A stretch of DNA of 64,000 nucleotides from Octopus sinensis (Eukaryota). The stretch lies in NCBI RefSeq assembly GCF_006345805.1, contig NC_043001.1, positions 58,404,001 to 58,468,000 of the forward strand, read 5' to 3'. The notes below the pieces were generated by a model. It was not told where the DNA came from, ran no database searches, and saw only the letters and a program-made list of their open reading frames with translations. The position numbers were made by a program, and so were the translations under genes. How positions within the stretch are numbered: the stretch's first letter is position 1; each line of letters begins with the position of its first letter. Positions 52,254 through 64,000 of the stretch are shown one piece after another.

Positions 52254-52561
52254 TAAAATAATAATAACAATAATGATAATAATAATGATGATAATAATAA
52301 TAATGATAATAATAATAATAATAATAATAATTTTGATGATGATGATGATATGATGATAATGATGATGATGATGATGATAATATTAATAATAATAATAATG
52401 ATAACAATAATGATAATAATGATGATGATGATGATGATGATAATAATAATAATAATAATAATAATATTAATAGTAATAATAATAATAATATTAATAGTAA
52501 TATAATAATAATATTAATAGTAATAATAATAATAATAATAGTAATAAAAATAATAATGATA

Positions 52562-52630
<69 letters not shown>
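51987..52630 (+). repeat. ~640-bp compound (TAA/TGA/CAA/TAG)n tract
   Basis: Direct reading. Confidence 0.95.
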
Positions 52631-53180
52631 GCCCTGATGCAGTACCAGGCAGTGGCTCTCATGGCTTCTGATCTTAACTGATTGGAAGTGTTATCATGTA
52701 CGTTGTTTTGTCTTGTATAAAAGATGGGCTACAGCAAATATTCTGCTCAATACCACAGATTTGCTTGTCAGTTGTTTGACCTTAACCAGTTGAGCATGTC
52801 CCTTAGTTGCTGACGATATGTGCATCTCTGATCACGAGCAGAATAGTGGGGGAGCATCATAGCCATGTGTTGAGAGGGATTCTTGGGGTTTGAATATTCA
52901 CCTCTGGAAACATGTGTGGTTCTTTCAACATCCTTAAACAACCCTTATTCAGGGACCGTTTGAGCGGGATGGGCTACTCAACCTGAAGAAAATTCTAACT
53001 GGGCCCCACCTGCAAGGTCATGTGCGTTTATCTTGATGATGAGATCACCATGTCGCGCACATATGGTTGTGATGCATGTGCCTGGTGTACCTTATCAGAC
53101 GGGTAGTCATGATGGGTATATTGGGCTTCGTATATTTTACCCCAGTGTCACTTTGATGGCATGAACTGCTCTCTCACTCA
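52631..53180. mobile_element. TAA-flanked ~550-bp non-coding element, full length
   Basis: Starts gccctgatgcagtacc and ends ctgctctctcactca, with TAA on both sides; four copies in the window; no long ORF and no A/B box seen. Confidence 0.85.
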
Positions 53181-53188
53181 ATAATAAT

Positions 53189-53242
<54 letters not shown>

Positions 53243-53263
53243 TATTAATGATGATAATATAAT

Positions 53264-54200
53264 TCGCTACAGATCGATCAGGTTGAAGGAAATGCGCCAA
53301 CTGCTGCTGCAAAGACACTAAATTGATTGCAACGACAAAAGCGCATGAAAAATTAGCTAGCAGATGGGAACAGAAACCTCTGCATCACAAGTATGTGGCC
53401 CGTAGCAAACGAGCTGATGTCGACCAGAAACACACTCACCAATGGTTATGAAGCTCAGGTCTAAAAGCGGGGAGTGAAGGTTTCATATTAGCTGCTCAAG
53501 ACCAATGCTTATTAACCCGGAACTACCAACCCAATGTGTAGAATATAAAGCAAGACATGACAGAGTCGGCTAGTAATTACACTGGACAATATGTCGGCAC
53601 TATAAAATCAAAACCGCTGACAAATGGTATAAACACCATCCTGAAGCTGTGACTGAGGGAGAAAATGTGTCGATTCTGTGGGACTTCCACGCACATACCG
53701 ACAGAACTATAAAAGCTAATAAAACGGATATTATCATAAAAGATCAGACAAAAAGGATATGTTTGTTGATTGACATGAGTAATCCTTGCGATCGCAAGAT
53801 AGCGGCGAAAGAATTTGACAAGATAAGTAAATATAAGGACTTGGTAATGGAAATTGAAAAAAATGTGGCATCTCAGGGCGACTACAGTACTAGTGATTGT
53901 GGGGTCACTAGGAATGATAAAAAAGGTACTGAAACCTATTTGAAAATGATGTCAGACTTGCCATCCGTACAGGAAGTGAAACAAATCGTGTTGACTGGAA
54001 CGGCCCATGTACTGTGAAGAGCATTATCGCTGTGAAAACAACATCTATTCATGAATTTATTAATTCATTATTTTTTTAAATACATATTTTACCTGTGAAT
54101 TTGCGTGTGTAATCTGGGAATGCATACAATGAGCTTCTCCGCCCTAGGTGTACGGAAACACTCGGCGAGAAACGGAAGAAAATTTGAAGACAGAAAGAAA
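53264..54200 (+). mobile_element. R4/Dong-type family A copy 2 (5'-truncated; CCHC knuckle deleted)
   Basis: WEQKPLH, SEGFILAAQDQ, RHDRV, ILWDFH...CLLIDMS. Shares the 3' terminus acactcggc.agaaa.ggaag.aaatttgaa with copy 1; TAA on both sides. Confidence 0.85.
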
Positions 54201-54217
54201 TAATAATAATAATAATA

Positions 54218-54283
<66 letters not shown>

Positions 54284-54291
54284 CAACAACA

Positions 54292-55795
54292 ACTAACGTT
54301 AACCTTGACTAACTAACTTTAACTATAACCAGCAGAATGTCATGAAAGAGTTGGACCCAGCGGAGAGCTACAAGTACCTAGGGGTACTTGAAGGGGACAG
54401 AAAAAGGCATTTAGTGATGAAGGAAAGGATCAGTAGAGAATGTTATCGCAGAGTAAGCGCAATACTCAAGACAGAGCTGAATGCGAGAAATAGGATCGAA
54501 GCGATCAATGCATTAGCCATACCAGTCGTGACTTACAATTTCAATAACGTTAACTGGTCAATTACTGAAATATGTAATCTTGACAGAAAAATACGAAAAC
54601 TGTTGAAAATGCATAGAATGCACCACCCTAAGGCAGATACAGAACAACTTTATCTGCCAAGAAAAGAGGGAGGCCGTGGACTTTTACAACTGGCAATAAC
54701 AATGAAGATTGCTACAATTGACCTAGACACATACCTGAAAACACTGAGGACTGGATGTTAAAACTCGTCTCAAAACATGAAAACAAAAAGCATCATAATC
54801 AGTAACAAAACAGGCAAAGGAATATCTAAGTGAATTCCGAATACAACCAATTTCGGAATTAGACATACAAGAAAAGCGCATGAGAACCCGTGCTAAAACT
54901 GCTGCCTTAGATATTATGGCAAGAAAACCTGTGAATGGCAAATACACAAAGAGAGCGAATAATGCAGATGTTGACAAAGCCCTGACTCATGAATGGCTAA
55001 TGGCCTCTGGCTTAAAATCTGAAACAGAAGGGTTTATCATAGCAGCTCAAGATCAATGCCTACCTACAAGAAACTACCAGGCCAACATATTAAAGGACAG
55101 CAGTAGCCCAACATGTCGTTTATGTCAACAAAAAATGAAACCATTGATCATGTTGTCTCCAAATGCAGTCTTCTAGCGCCTACAGAGTATCTCAACAAGC
55201 ATGATAGAGCTGCACAATATATTCACTGGGTAATTTGCAAAAGCCTGGACTTGCCCCATGATAAAAAACTGATGGTAACACAAACCACCTCCAGTGCTTG
55301 AAAATGATTAAATCTCACTCCTCTTGAAATTCACCATTCAAACTGACAGAAAGATAGATGCAAATAGGCCAGATATCATATTGAAAGGCTTCAGACAAAA
55401 GTCATGCCTCCTCATTGATATGACTGTCTCAATCGATATAATCGTATCTGTCAAGACCTACCAAAAACAAATATAAAGATCTTTAAATAGAAATCAGCAA
55501 AATGTGGAACCTGAAAACTAAAACAATACCTGTTGTCATAGGTGCTCTGTGAATTATAGCACAAGTGGCTGATTGCTACCTAACTCAGATACCAGGAAAC
55601 CCCAAAATGGCAGAAATTCAAAAGATAGTGCTCATGTGAACTGCTCATATACTACGCAAAATACTTTCTATGTAATCTCAAGTTTTAAAACAAACAATTT
55701 TCGTATGCTTTTTTTTAGACATTCACTAGTACAACACTATGTACAAAACCAAATATATGGCACCCTAGGCATAACACCAACATGAAATTCCAACT
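54292..55795 (+). mobile_element. R4/Dong-type family B copy 2 (5'-truncated, 3' UTR cut short)
   Basis: High nucleotide similarity to 2990-4510; ORFs 54342-54761 and 54880-55176. Confidence 0.9.
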
Positions 55796-55813
55796 GATGA
55801 TGATGATGATATA

Positions 55814-56088
55814 ACATGGGAAGTTTAGCAGTTGTGGTCGCTGAAAAAGGTGGTAGTATTATCAGTAATGATCGGAGCCCTGGGAACAGTGAGTAAAAAT
55901 CTTGAAAAGTACATGGAGCAAATAGGGGCTGCAATAAGGGAAGAGCACTTGCAGAAAACAGCATCGTTGGAACCGCTCGAATACTCTCGATGGTGCCCGA
56001 AAAATAAGGGGTGTAATCTTAGTTCACTGCTAGTGAACAGCTGATGCCGTAGTACATCTCCAGCGTTAGAAGCTGTGTAAAGACAATA
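55814..56088 (+). mobile_element. RLE LINE family D extreme 3' fragment (C-like)
   Basis: LWSLKKVVVLSVMIGALGTVSKNLEKYMEQIGAAIREEHLQKTA; preceded by (TGA)n, followed by TAA/GAA repeats. Confidence 0.7.
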
Positions 56089-56239
56089 TAATAATAATAA
56101 TAATAAGAAGAAGAAAGAAGAAGAAGAAGAAAAGAAGAAGAAGAAGAAGAAGAAGAAGAAGAAAGAAGAAGAGAAGAAGAAGAAGAAGAAGAAGAAGAAG
56201 AAGAGAGAAGAAGAAGAAGAAGGAAATCATTTTTACTAC

Positions 56240-56608
56240 AGACATAAGGCCTTGTATTTTGAGAGGCCAGTCGATTAAATCGACCGCACAGTACGAAACT
56301 GGTACTTAATTTATCGATCCCGAGAGAAATACCGCTCAGCATTTCGGCTGGCGTGCTAATGATTCTGTCAGCTCGCCGCCTTAATAATATTGATAATACT
56401 TTTTTACTATAGGTACAAAGCCAGAAATTTGGGGGAGGGTATAGTCGGTCACATCGACCACAGTACTACCCTCGTAGTTATTTTAGTGACCCCACAACGG
56501 TGAAAGGCAAATTGAACCTTGGTGGCATTTGAACTCACAACGTAAGGACGGACGAAATGTCGCTAAGCATTTCGCCCTGCGTGTTAACGTTTCTGCTCCG
56601 TCATTGCT

Positions 56609-56610
<2 letters not shown>
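56240..56610 (-). mobile_element. Two adjacent SINE family a copies (56240-56382 internally deleted; 56405-56610)
   Basis: Reverse complements match family a; the heads abut taataat repeats. Confidence 0.75.
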
Positions 56611-56677
<67 letters not shown>

Positions 56678-56678
56678 T

Positions 56679-57230
56679 GCCCTGATGCAGTACCAGGCAG
56701 TGGCTCTCATGGCTTCTGATCTTAACTGTTTGGAAGTGTCATCATGTACGTTATCTTGTCTTGGTATAAAAGATGGGCTACAGCAAATATTCTGCTCAAT
56801 ACCACAGATTTGCTTGTCAGTTGTTTGACCTTAACCAGTTGAGCATGTCTCTTAGTGGCTGACGATATGTGCATCTCTGATCACGAGCAGAAGTAGTGGG
56901 GGAGCATCATAGCCATGTGTTGAGATGGATTCTTTGGGGTTTGAATAATTCACCTCTGGAAACATGGGTGGTCTTTCAACATCCTTAAACAACCCTTATT
57001 CAGGGACCTTTTGAGCGGAATGGGCTACTCGACCTGAAGAAAATTCTAACTGGGCCCCACCTGCAAGGTCATGCGCTGTTTACCTTGATATGATATCACC
57101 ATGTCGCGCACATATGGTTGTGATGCATGTGCCTGGTGTACCCTTATCAGACAGGTAGTCATGATGGGTATATTGGGCTTCGTATATTTTACCCCAGTGT
57201 CACTTTGATGACATGAACTGCTCTCTCACA
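56679..57230. mobile_element. TAA-flanked ~550-bp element, copy 3
   Basis: Homologous to 52631-53180. Confidence 0.9.
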
Positions 57231-57274
57231 TAATAATAATAAATAATAATAATAATAATATATAATAATAATAT

Positions 57275-57825
57275 GCCCTGATGCAGTACCAGGCAGTGGC
57301 TCTCATGGCTTCTGATCTTAACTGTTTGGAAGTGTCATCATGTACGTTATCTTGTCTTGGTATAAAAGATGGGCTACAGCAAATATTCTGCTCAATACCA
57401 CAGATTGCTTGTCAGTTGTTTGACCTTAACCAGTTGAGCATGTCTCTTAGTGGCTGACGATATGTGCATCTCTGATCACGAGCAGAAGTAGTGGGGGAGC
57501 ATCATAGCCATGTGTTGAGATGGATTCTTTGGGGTTTGAATAATTCACCTCTGGAAACATGGGTGGTCTTTCAACATCCTTAAACAACCCTTATTCAGGG
57601 ACCTTTTGAGCGGAATGGGCTACTCGACCTGAAGAAAATTCTAACTGGGCCCCACCTGCAAGGTCATGCGCTGTTTACCTTGATATGATATCACCATGTC
57701 GCGCACATATGGTTGTGATGCATGTGCCTGGTGTACCCTTATCAGACAGGTAGTCATGATGGGTATATTGGGCTTCGTATATTTTACCCCAGTGTCACTT
57801 TGATGACATGAACTGCTCTCTCACA
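57275..57825. mobile_element. TAA-flanked ~550-bp element, copy 4 (tandem duplicate of copy 3)
   Basis: Shares the private variants of copy 3 (actgtttgg, gagatggattc, gcggaatggg, cagacagg); one 1-nt difference seen. Confidence 0.9.
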
Positions 57826-57839
57826 TAATAATAATAATA

Positions 57840-57874
<35 letters not shown>

Positions 57875-60800
57875 TAATAATAATGATAATAATAATAATA
57901 ATAATAAACTATTTATACTGTTTTGAAGTTGTTTACAACTCTAACAACTACATTGACGATTGTAACTCTATTATTCAACAATATTACAATTTTATCGTTA
58001 TGATTATTAATTGTCTGAAAGGTTTTGCAATTTTATAATTATCACATCAAGTTTGGTTGAGAAATTTGCTTCTCAATTTGTTTGGCCCATGTTTGATATC
58101 AATGCATTCAACTTTGAACCGTTACCGCCTACCATAACCTCTGGATGACGTAAGCCTTATTAGTAAACATAAAACCTTTTAAATTCTTAAAAACATTTCC
58201 TGGCGTAGATTATATTTCTTCGTTGATGACAGGATTGATCTTGTCTCCATTTAAAACATAGCTATTTGAGATTGTATCCGTTTTGTCAAAAGAATTCGAA
58301 CCAGAGTATGAATTGTTCTTCCCGCTTTCTCAATCGTAACAAATATATGCAAAATCAAATATTAATTTGCTGCCCGTTGAAACATTGCCGCATGAGATTT
58401 AAAACTAATTCGAGAGATCCACATTTTTTGAAGAACTTTGAACCAGGCATGAAGTGCTCTGTTCCTATTCTTCCCTGATTTAGAGGACATACAAAAATAG
58501 ATATTGATGCTGACTCTTTTCTTTTGAATAAACATGAAAGAATAAATCTGCATGTATACATTTCGCTTTTGCAAGAAGTGAATTTATATGTTGTGGCTTA
58601 GTGTATAAAGAAGTACTCATTTAAATCCGAAAATATGAAAATAATACAACAGCCACTGATGCGGTTGCTGCTACAGACATGAACTCCATCTTCTCGAAAT
58701 TACAACTAAATCTACTACAAATAACTGGCAGCAATTTTGGAAGGGAGATAACGCCTCAGATTCACTATTCCTAACCAAAAAAACGACGTCATTGGGATGT
58801 CCGGAAAATTTTCAGTCAACCAAGTCGAAGGAAACACGAATATATACCTGACAGATTATGGGGTCAAGTCAATTTATTATCTCACATTTATACTCCACCG
58901 TTATGTGAATTGACAATCATTATCTGGCAGATTTTTAGCTATATACTAGAACTGAATATTGGAAAATAACATTCTTAAATTTATTTTGTTCAAGTATTTG
59001 GCCCATGGGCAAATCCAGGGAACTGTTTTTTTTATATTTTTTAGCGGATGTGGTTTCCTTTCTGTTTTATTAATCTATGCTAGTGTCCGATGCATAAACA
59101 AGTGTCTTTATTGTTAACACACTGTTTAATAATTTCTGTTTCTGTCATTTTAATGACAGCCATTATATTTCAGGAGAAAATAGGAATTTGCTTAGAACAT
59201 TCGCAAAATTCCATTTGCCAGGGAATTATATTATAAAGCCTTCACATTTTAATGTCTAAACAAAAGTATCTAAACGCATTAAAACGAATAACACAACTAC
59301 ATTATCGACGAGGAAAGCAGGGAACTAATATTAAAACATTGAAGTGAACCTTAAATAGACAGATACTATGATATACATTACACATTATATATTTTGTAGA
59401 TATCAATCTTAATATGTTGGGGTGAATAAAAGATTGAGTTGTTATGTTTATCATCTTTTATACTTGACACGAAATTTCAGAGTCGGTTTCTATAAATTCA
59501 AATGTCTTGAAGGAAAAGAAATGTAATTTACATAACACTCACGACAAAGCATGAGGGAAAGAGAGGAATGCGTTGCTGTGTCTAGTGGTTTTGAGCGAGT
59601 CAAATGATAAAGGAAGTTGAATGATTGAAGTGAAGTGAGAGTTGGTAAAGAAGATTAGAGTGTCAGAGGTGTGTGGGTTGCCACGTGGAAGAGTGTAGGA
59701 GACAGATTTTGAGAGGAAATATAGTAATTGGCATGACTCATGGCAGGTAAAATACGAAGCTCGTGTTCTAGTAACAAGAAGGAAAGGAGTTAACTATAAA
59801 TAGTGGGAGGCAAAGTGCAACCTCGAAAATTCCGATACCATTTTTTTTCTTAATTCGGAATTTACCCCATCTTTAATAGTTAACTCAGTTCAAAACAGTA
59901 ATTTCTAATTTAGAGTTAGATCCAGCCTTAAATTATGTACATGATGCAAATTGCCTTACTCTGTTTGCAATTGCTGTTAATTGTTTTCTTCTTTATGCTC
60001 ACTGTAAACATTCAATGAAATTCTCATAACAATTTATTAATTCCTTTTGATTTTTCCCTTCTCTATAATTAAAACCAAACACAGAATTCAGAATTTCAAA
60101 CAAAATAACATAATAAACAAAGAACAAAACTAGTTGATGAGGAAAATGATAAGCTGCATGTTAAGCATGAGAAATTTGCTGGTTAGTCACTCTTGCATAG
60201 AGTGACCATACTGTGGTATTCAACTACTTTTTCTCGTCCGTCTCGCCAACATCTTAATCAATACAAATCAATAACATTATTTTGTGCTATGCTTTCAAAG
60301 GACTTTCAAGTGAAATGGTGAAGTCTACAATTCAGGTTAATCTGATATTCTCAATATCTCTCGGCGTGGTTACGTTGTTTTATGTTTTCTGTTTTAAGAT
60401 TGTCGCCATCATAAGCAGTTGTATAACTGTTTATGTGAATATATAATTATTTGTATGAGTATGCAACTGAATACATATACACATATACGCGCGTGTGTGA
60501 GTACATATGCTTTTATATTTGTAAATGCTTAGGCATTTCAATAAACAAACGCATGCATAGCATCGTATGTTATGTATTAATAAATATATCAAAACATGCT
60601 GTAGCCAATATTAGGTGAAATATTATACTGATATAAATGAAACTACATATTTTAGATAAGAAGTAAATCCGTTTATATATTCTGTTGCTAGACAAAGATG
60701 TTTATTACATTTCACGTGTATGATTTCATGTTTGCATATCAGTATGCAGTTGAAGAAAGTGTTACAGAAATTTAAAAATGACAAAACGGGAATGCAACTT

Positions 60801-61759
60801 ACTGTACCATTTCTTAAGTAACACGCCGACCATGACAATAACTGACACCTTGCTACAAATATGTAGAATACCAACGATATATTCAGGTATGTCTCAGTTC
60901 ACACGAATAATACATTCCTAGCCAATCTGTACATCCCTACTTCTCATCAACTCAAATGCACATCTAACTGAAATGGCTATTTTTGTGATCGTGTCTCTTT
61001 ATATAAAATCTATATGGAAGTGTATCCCAAACTAAAAGGTTTTTCATATCCACGGTTCACTCCTGATAGTATACGTTGTCATCCAACGCAATTTTCCGCT
61101 AGTCGTATTCCAAGCTGCATTCAATTGACGTCCTCAACCATTTGTTTAAATATAAATTTTTAAAACAATTGCTTAACTAAATGACATGAAAACAAATACA
61201 TCTGCAAGATTTGGCATATATTATCATCATTATTATGTATTGAATTCGCAAAGAAAATAGATTTACGAAGGAGTCTGGGTGGGTCTGTCCACGTAGATTG
61301 TGGGTCACTGATGATTCAGGTGACCAATACAGAAGAATAAAACTCATCTGCAGAACCTTCATCTAAAATGCTGTTCTATGTCGGCGCTGTGCCTCGGTTA
61401 TCCTTCTGTATCTTCTCTAGATCTTTATATTAGTTTCGCATGAGTTCTGAAACGAATAGACACGAATGAAAGATAACTCACTTTTGCTTTTGTGGGCTCA
61501 AATAGACCCATGATGATTGTTAATATGACAGCCGCTGAGAGTTTCTCAGAAAGGAATTGTGCTTGTACATTTTATTTTATTTTTGGCTGGAGCCCTTTTT
61601 CTGTTATTATGGTCTGTTTTATGTTTGTTACATATAACCATCTCTGAAAATGCGGGATACAGAAGAATCTTGTAAATTGTGTTCATTTCGATACTGTTTA
61701 TGAAACATTAGTGCAGGTTCGTATGTACGGTTTGCTCAGTACTGGTCCCATGTTAATCT

Positions 61760-63330
61760 GTTATAGCCTAACAAGGTGAAACGGTGATAACAGCTTCCTT
61801 ATTTGTGCTAGCAGTACAAGGGCAATAAACGATTTTACCTCTCCGATGTAGTAAATACAGCATGACAACTGACTGGCATTCACGGCAGGGACTAACTGGA
61901 AATAATTAGATTACATTTGTAGCAATAACTTCATTAGGATGCTCTTCGTTTCCACCCTGCTTGTCACATGATGGTGCGACTGAGCATCGGGTAGAATGAT
62001 GGGTTTGTCATATGCGACTTTTAACAGCCTAGCCGTGATGCTAGTCTCAGCCACCAGTTTGAATACATCCCAATCGCTAACAAAATTTCTCTACAGCTTA
62101 AAGCACTATGTTTATCAAACACACCATTACAACATTTTCTTACTTTGGCAATGAAAACATCGCGGAAGATGATTTTATCTTATTCAGGACTGTTCAGTAC
62201 ACAAATTGGAATGAATATCATCCTTTTCCACGAGATATACTAAAACACTGGAAATATCAACTTTGAGAATCGTAAATGGATACTTCACTCAAATTATAAA
62301 ATGCGTACAGATGACCTGTTCAGTGTGCAACTTAGAGCAGTGTTCTTGAAAGTTGCATTCTTGGAACTGAGTGCCATGAGAAAACGATGATATCAACATT
62401 CAATCGCGAAAATTCATGAGCAACCAGTTCTATTCGATTAGTCTTCGTGTTTGAAGCTTAATCCTGATATATCCGCGTGTGATCCATAGTTTCTGCATAT
62501 TTCTGACATAATTTGAAAGTTTTCGGTGCTTTTATATAAACATATTTTGTATACCTATCGCTCGAGCTTCTTTGGGCCAACATCTTTTGAGTTTACATCA
62601 TGTGAAAGCAATAAGGTTGCTTCGAGATGGCTACTTGGTCGTTCAGAGTGCCGTCTGCTTATAACATTCTCACTGAGCTAAAACTGGACCACTTATACAC
62701 CTGAATCGTCTGCTTGTATGATCAGTACTACTGCTTGCAGTTTAATCTCATATTTACCATTGTCACACACTTTCCCTCCTGTCGCTTCAAGGTTAGAGAG
62801 GAGAATCGATAACGGAAGCGTGTCCTTCTGTTTGTGTAATGACTTCAGATTTTAAAGTTTTTTTTTTTACGTTCGGTGTGCTTAGTACCGTTCCCACTCT
62901 TTCCACTGTATGTTTTTCTACCATAGCCTGAAGCGGAATGGTGATAACAGCTTCCATATGCCGTAGGTATTATGGCGGAAATTTTCACTCCAAGAAGAAT
63001 GACTTTAGAAGTTTATCGGCTCTTTCACTTAAGCTAATTTACAACCATGGCTCACAAATCTATCATTCTACGCGATGCTCAGCCGCACCATAATGTGGCA
63101 AGTAGAGTGGATGCGAGGAGCGCCCTCAAGAAAGTGTTGTTATGAATGCAGTAATGAAAGTAATTTTCAGTGAGTCCCTGCCGAAAATGCGAGTCATTTG
63201 CCATGCAGTGTTAACTACATCGGGAAAGATAAGACCGTTGCACTTCCAGCGAGTGGAGACCATCAAGCCTTTGCCTCATCACAACTTCTGCCCCCTGTAT
63301 TTCATAAAATGTATTTCAACAAAGCTAATT
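61760..63330. mobile_element. Mosaic of old RTE-like LINE remnants in both orientations
   Basis: Minus ~62450-62380 reads IELVAHEFSRLNVDIIVFS (like the RTE APE start ALVAHELARLNIDIAALSE). An ~85-bp segment occurs inverted at 61920-62010 and 63055-63140. ggtgataacagcttcc is repeated at 61783 and 62940. Confidence 0.4.
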
Positions 63331-63454
63331 TCCATTTTTTTCTGTGTAGTAAGTGAAATATTTTGCATGCGTGAAGATAACCTCATAAAAGACCGAAATT
63401 GAATATTCATATATGGATATATCAAAAATTTGAAAGTTAATGCATACATGCGTT

Positions 63455-63610
63455 GGCTGAACATTTAGTATATAGGATAAGATGCTTAGTGGCATTTTCC
63501 CACTCTTTACTTTGTGAGTTCAAATCCCACCTATGTCAACTTTGCTTTTCTTCCTGTCGGTCTAAAATCAAAATACCAGTGAAATACTGGTATCAATATA
63601 ATAGAATACC
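63455..63610 (+). mobile_element. SINE family a, old copy
   Basis: gatgcttagtggcattt...gagttcaaatcccacc...caactttgc. Confidence 0.6.
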
Positions 63611-64000
63611 AGGCACTGTGCCTACATTAGAGATAATTGTTATGAATTGATTTCGCATTGATTACGGCCATGAATGTTCCACTTATTCCATCAATGTTCA
63701 TTCTATTATTCTGTAAGTGCGAGAAAATATCAGCGATTCTTTTGATAAACGGAACTTGACTTTCACTTACAAATGCAGTACATCTCATCTTCTATTTAAA
63801 GTTTCAAATCAGCCCGTGCCACTGCTAAAAGGTACATAATCAAAATAGAGAATCAGAATTGTTGAAAATCAATCGTTTTAGCAATTTTGCTATATTTGTA
63901 TCAGTATACACATATATTCAACCAAGCACGCAATTGAAACGACATTGGCTACAAATATAAATCATGATAAAATTACATAAACATCACTGACAAGTTTCTA

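Noticed and set aside
52800-52850. CTGACGA/CTGAAGA motifs inside the 550-bp element as a hammerhead, and brief U2-like words
   Set aside because: No matching GAAA or stems; the U2 similarity is limited to ~9 nt.
61300-61325. CTGATGA within the hairpin ggtcactgatgattcaggtgacc
   Set aside because: Simple short hairpin; the GAAA and stem III half of a hammerhead are absent.
61177-61362. 61-aa minus-strand ORF with a hydrophobic start (MKVLQMSFILLYW)
   Set aside because: Length is within chance expectation; no homology or splice support.

Overview
AT-rich, microsatellite-saturated, repeat-dominated animal DNA. The SINE, microsatellite and LINE content suggests a coleoid cephalopod, probably Octopus (inference; no database search was possible). 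No host protein-coding gene can be firmly supported, and most ORF-track entries are microsatellite translations. The window holds: (i) two clusters (1-7.5 kb and 49-58 kb) of decayed R4/Dong-type non-LTR retrotransposons with RT, a CCHC knuckle and a restriction-like endonuclease (RLE), stacked in (TAA)n/(TGA)n tracts with four copies of a ~550-bp non-coding element; (ii) two HERO-type RLE LINE fragments; (iii) mariner, maT (DD37D) and Tigger-like DNA transposon relics; (iv) tRNA-derived SINEs; (v) Penelope-like (PLE) fragments with minimal hammerhead ribozyme (HHR) motifs, often inside inverted-repeat structures. The most interesting items are a 2.05-kb ORF1-only (half-L1/Tx1-like) retroelement inserted with a ~15-bp TSD into the tRNA-like head of a SINE (16185-18229), a fully foldable type-I hammerhead (33966-34017) at the tip of a ~2-kb palindrome, and a divergent pair of tRNA-headed elements with hammerhead-like tails (38400-39078).
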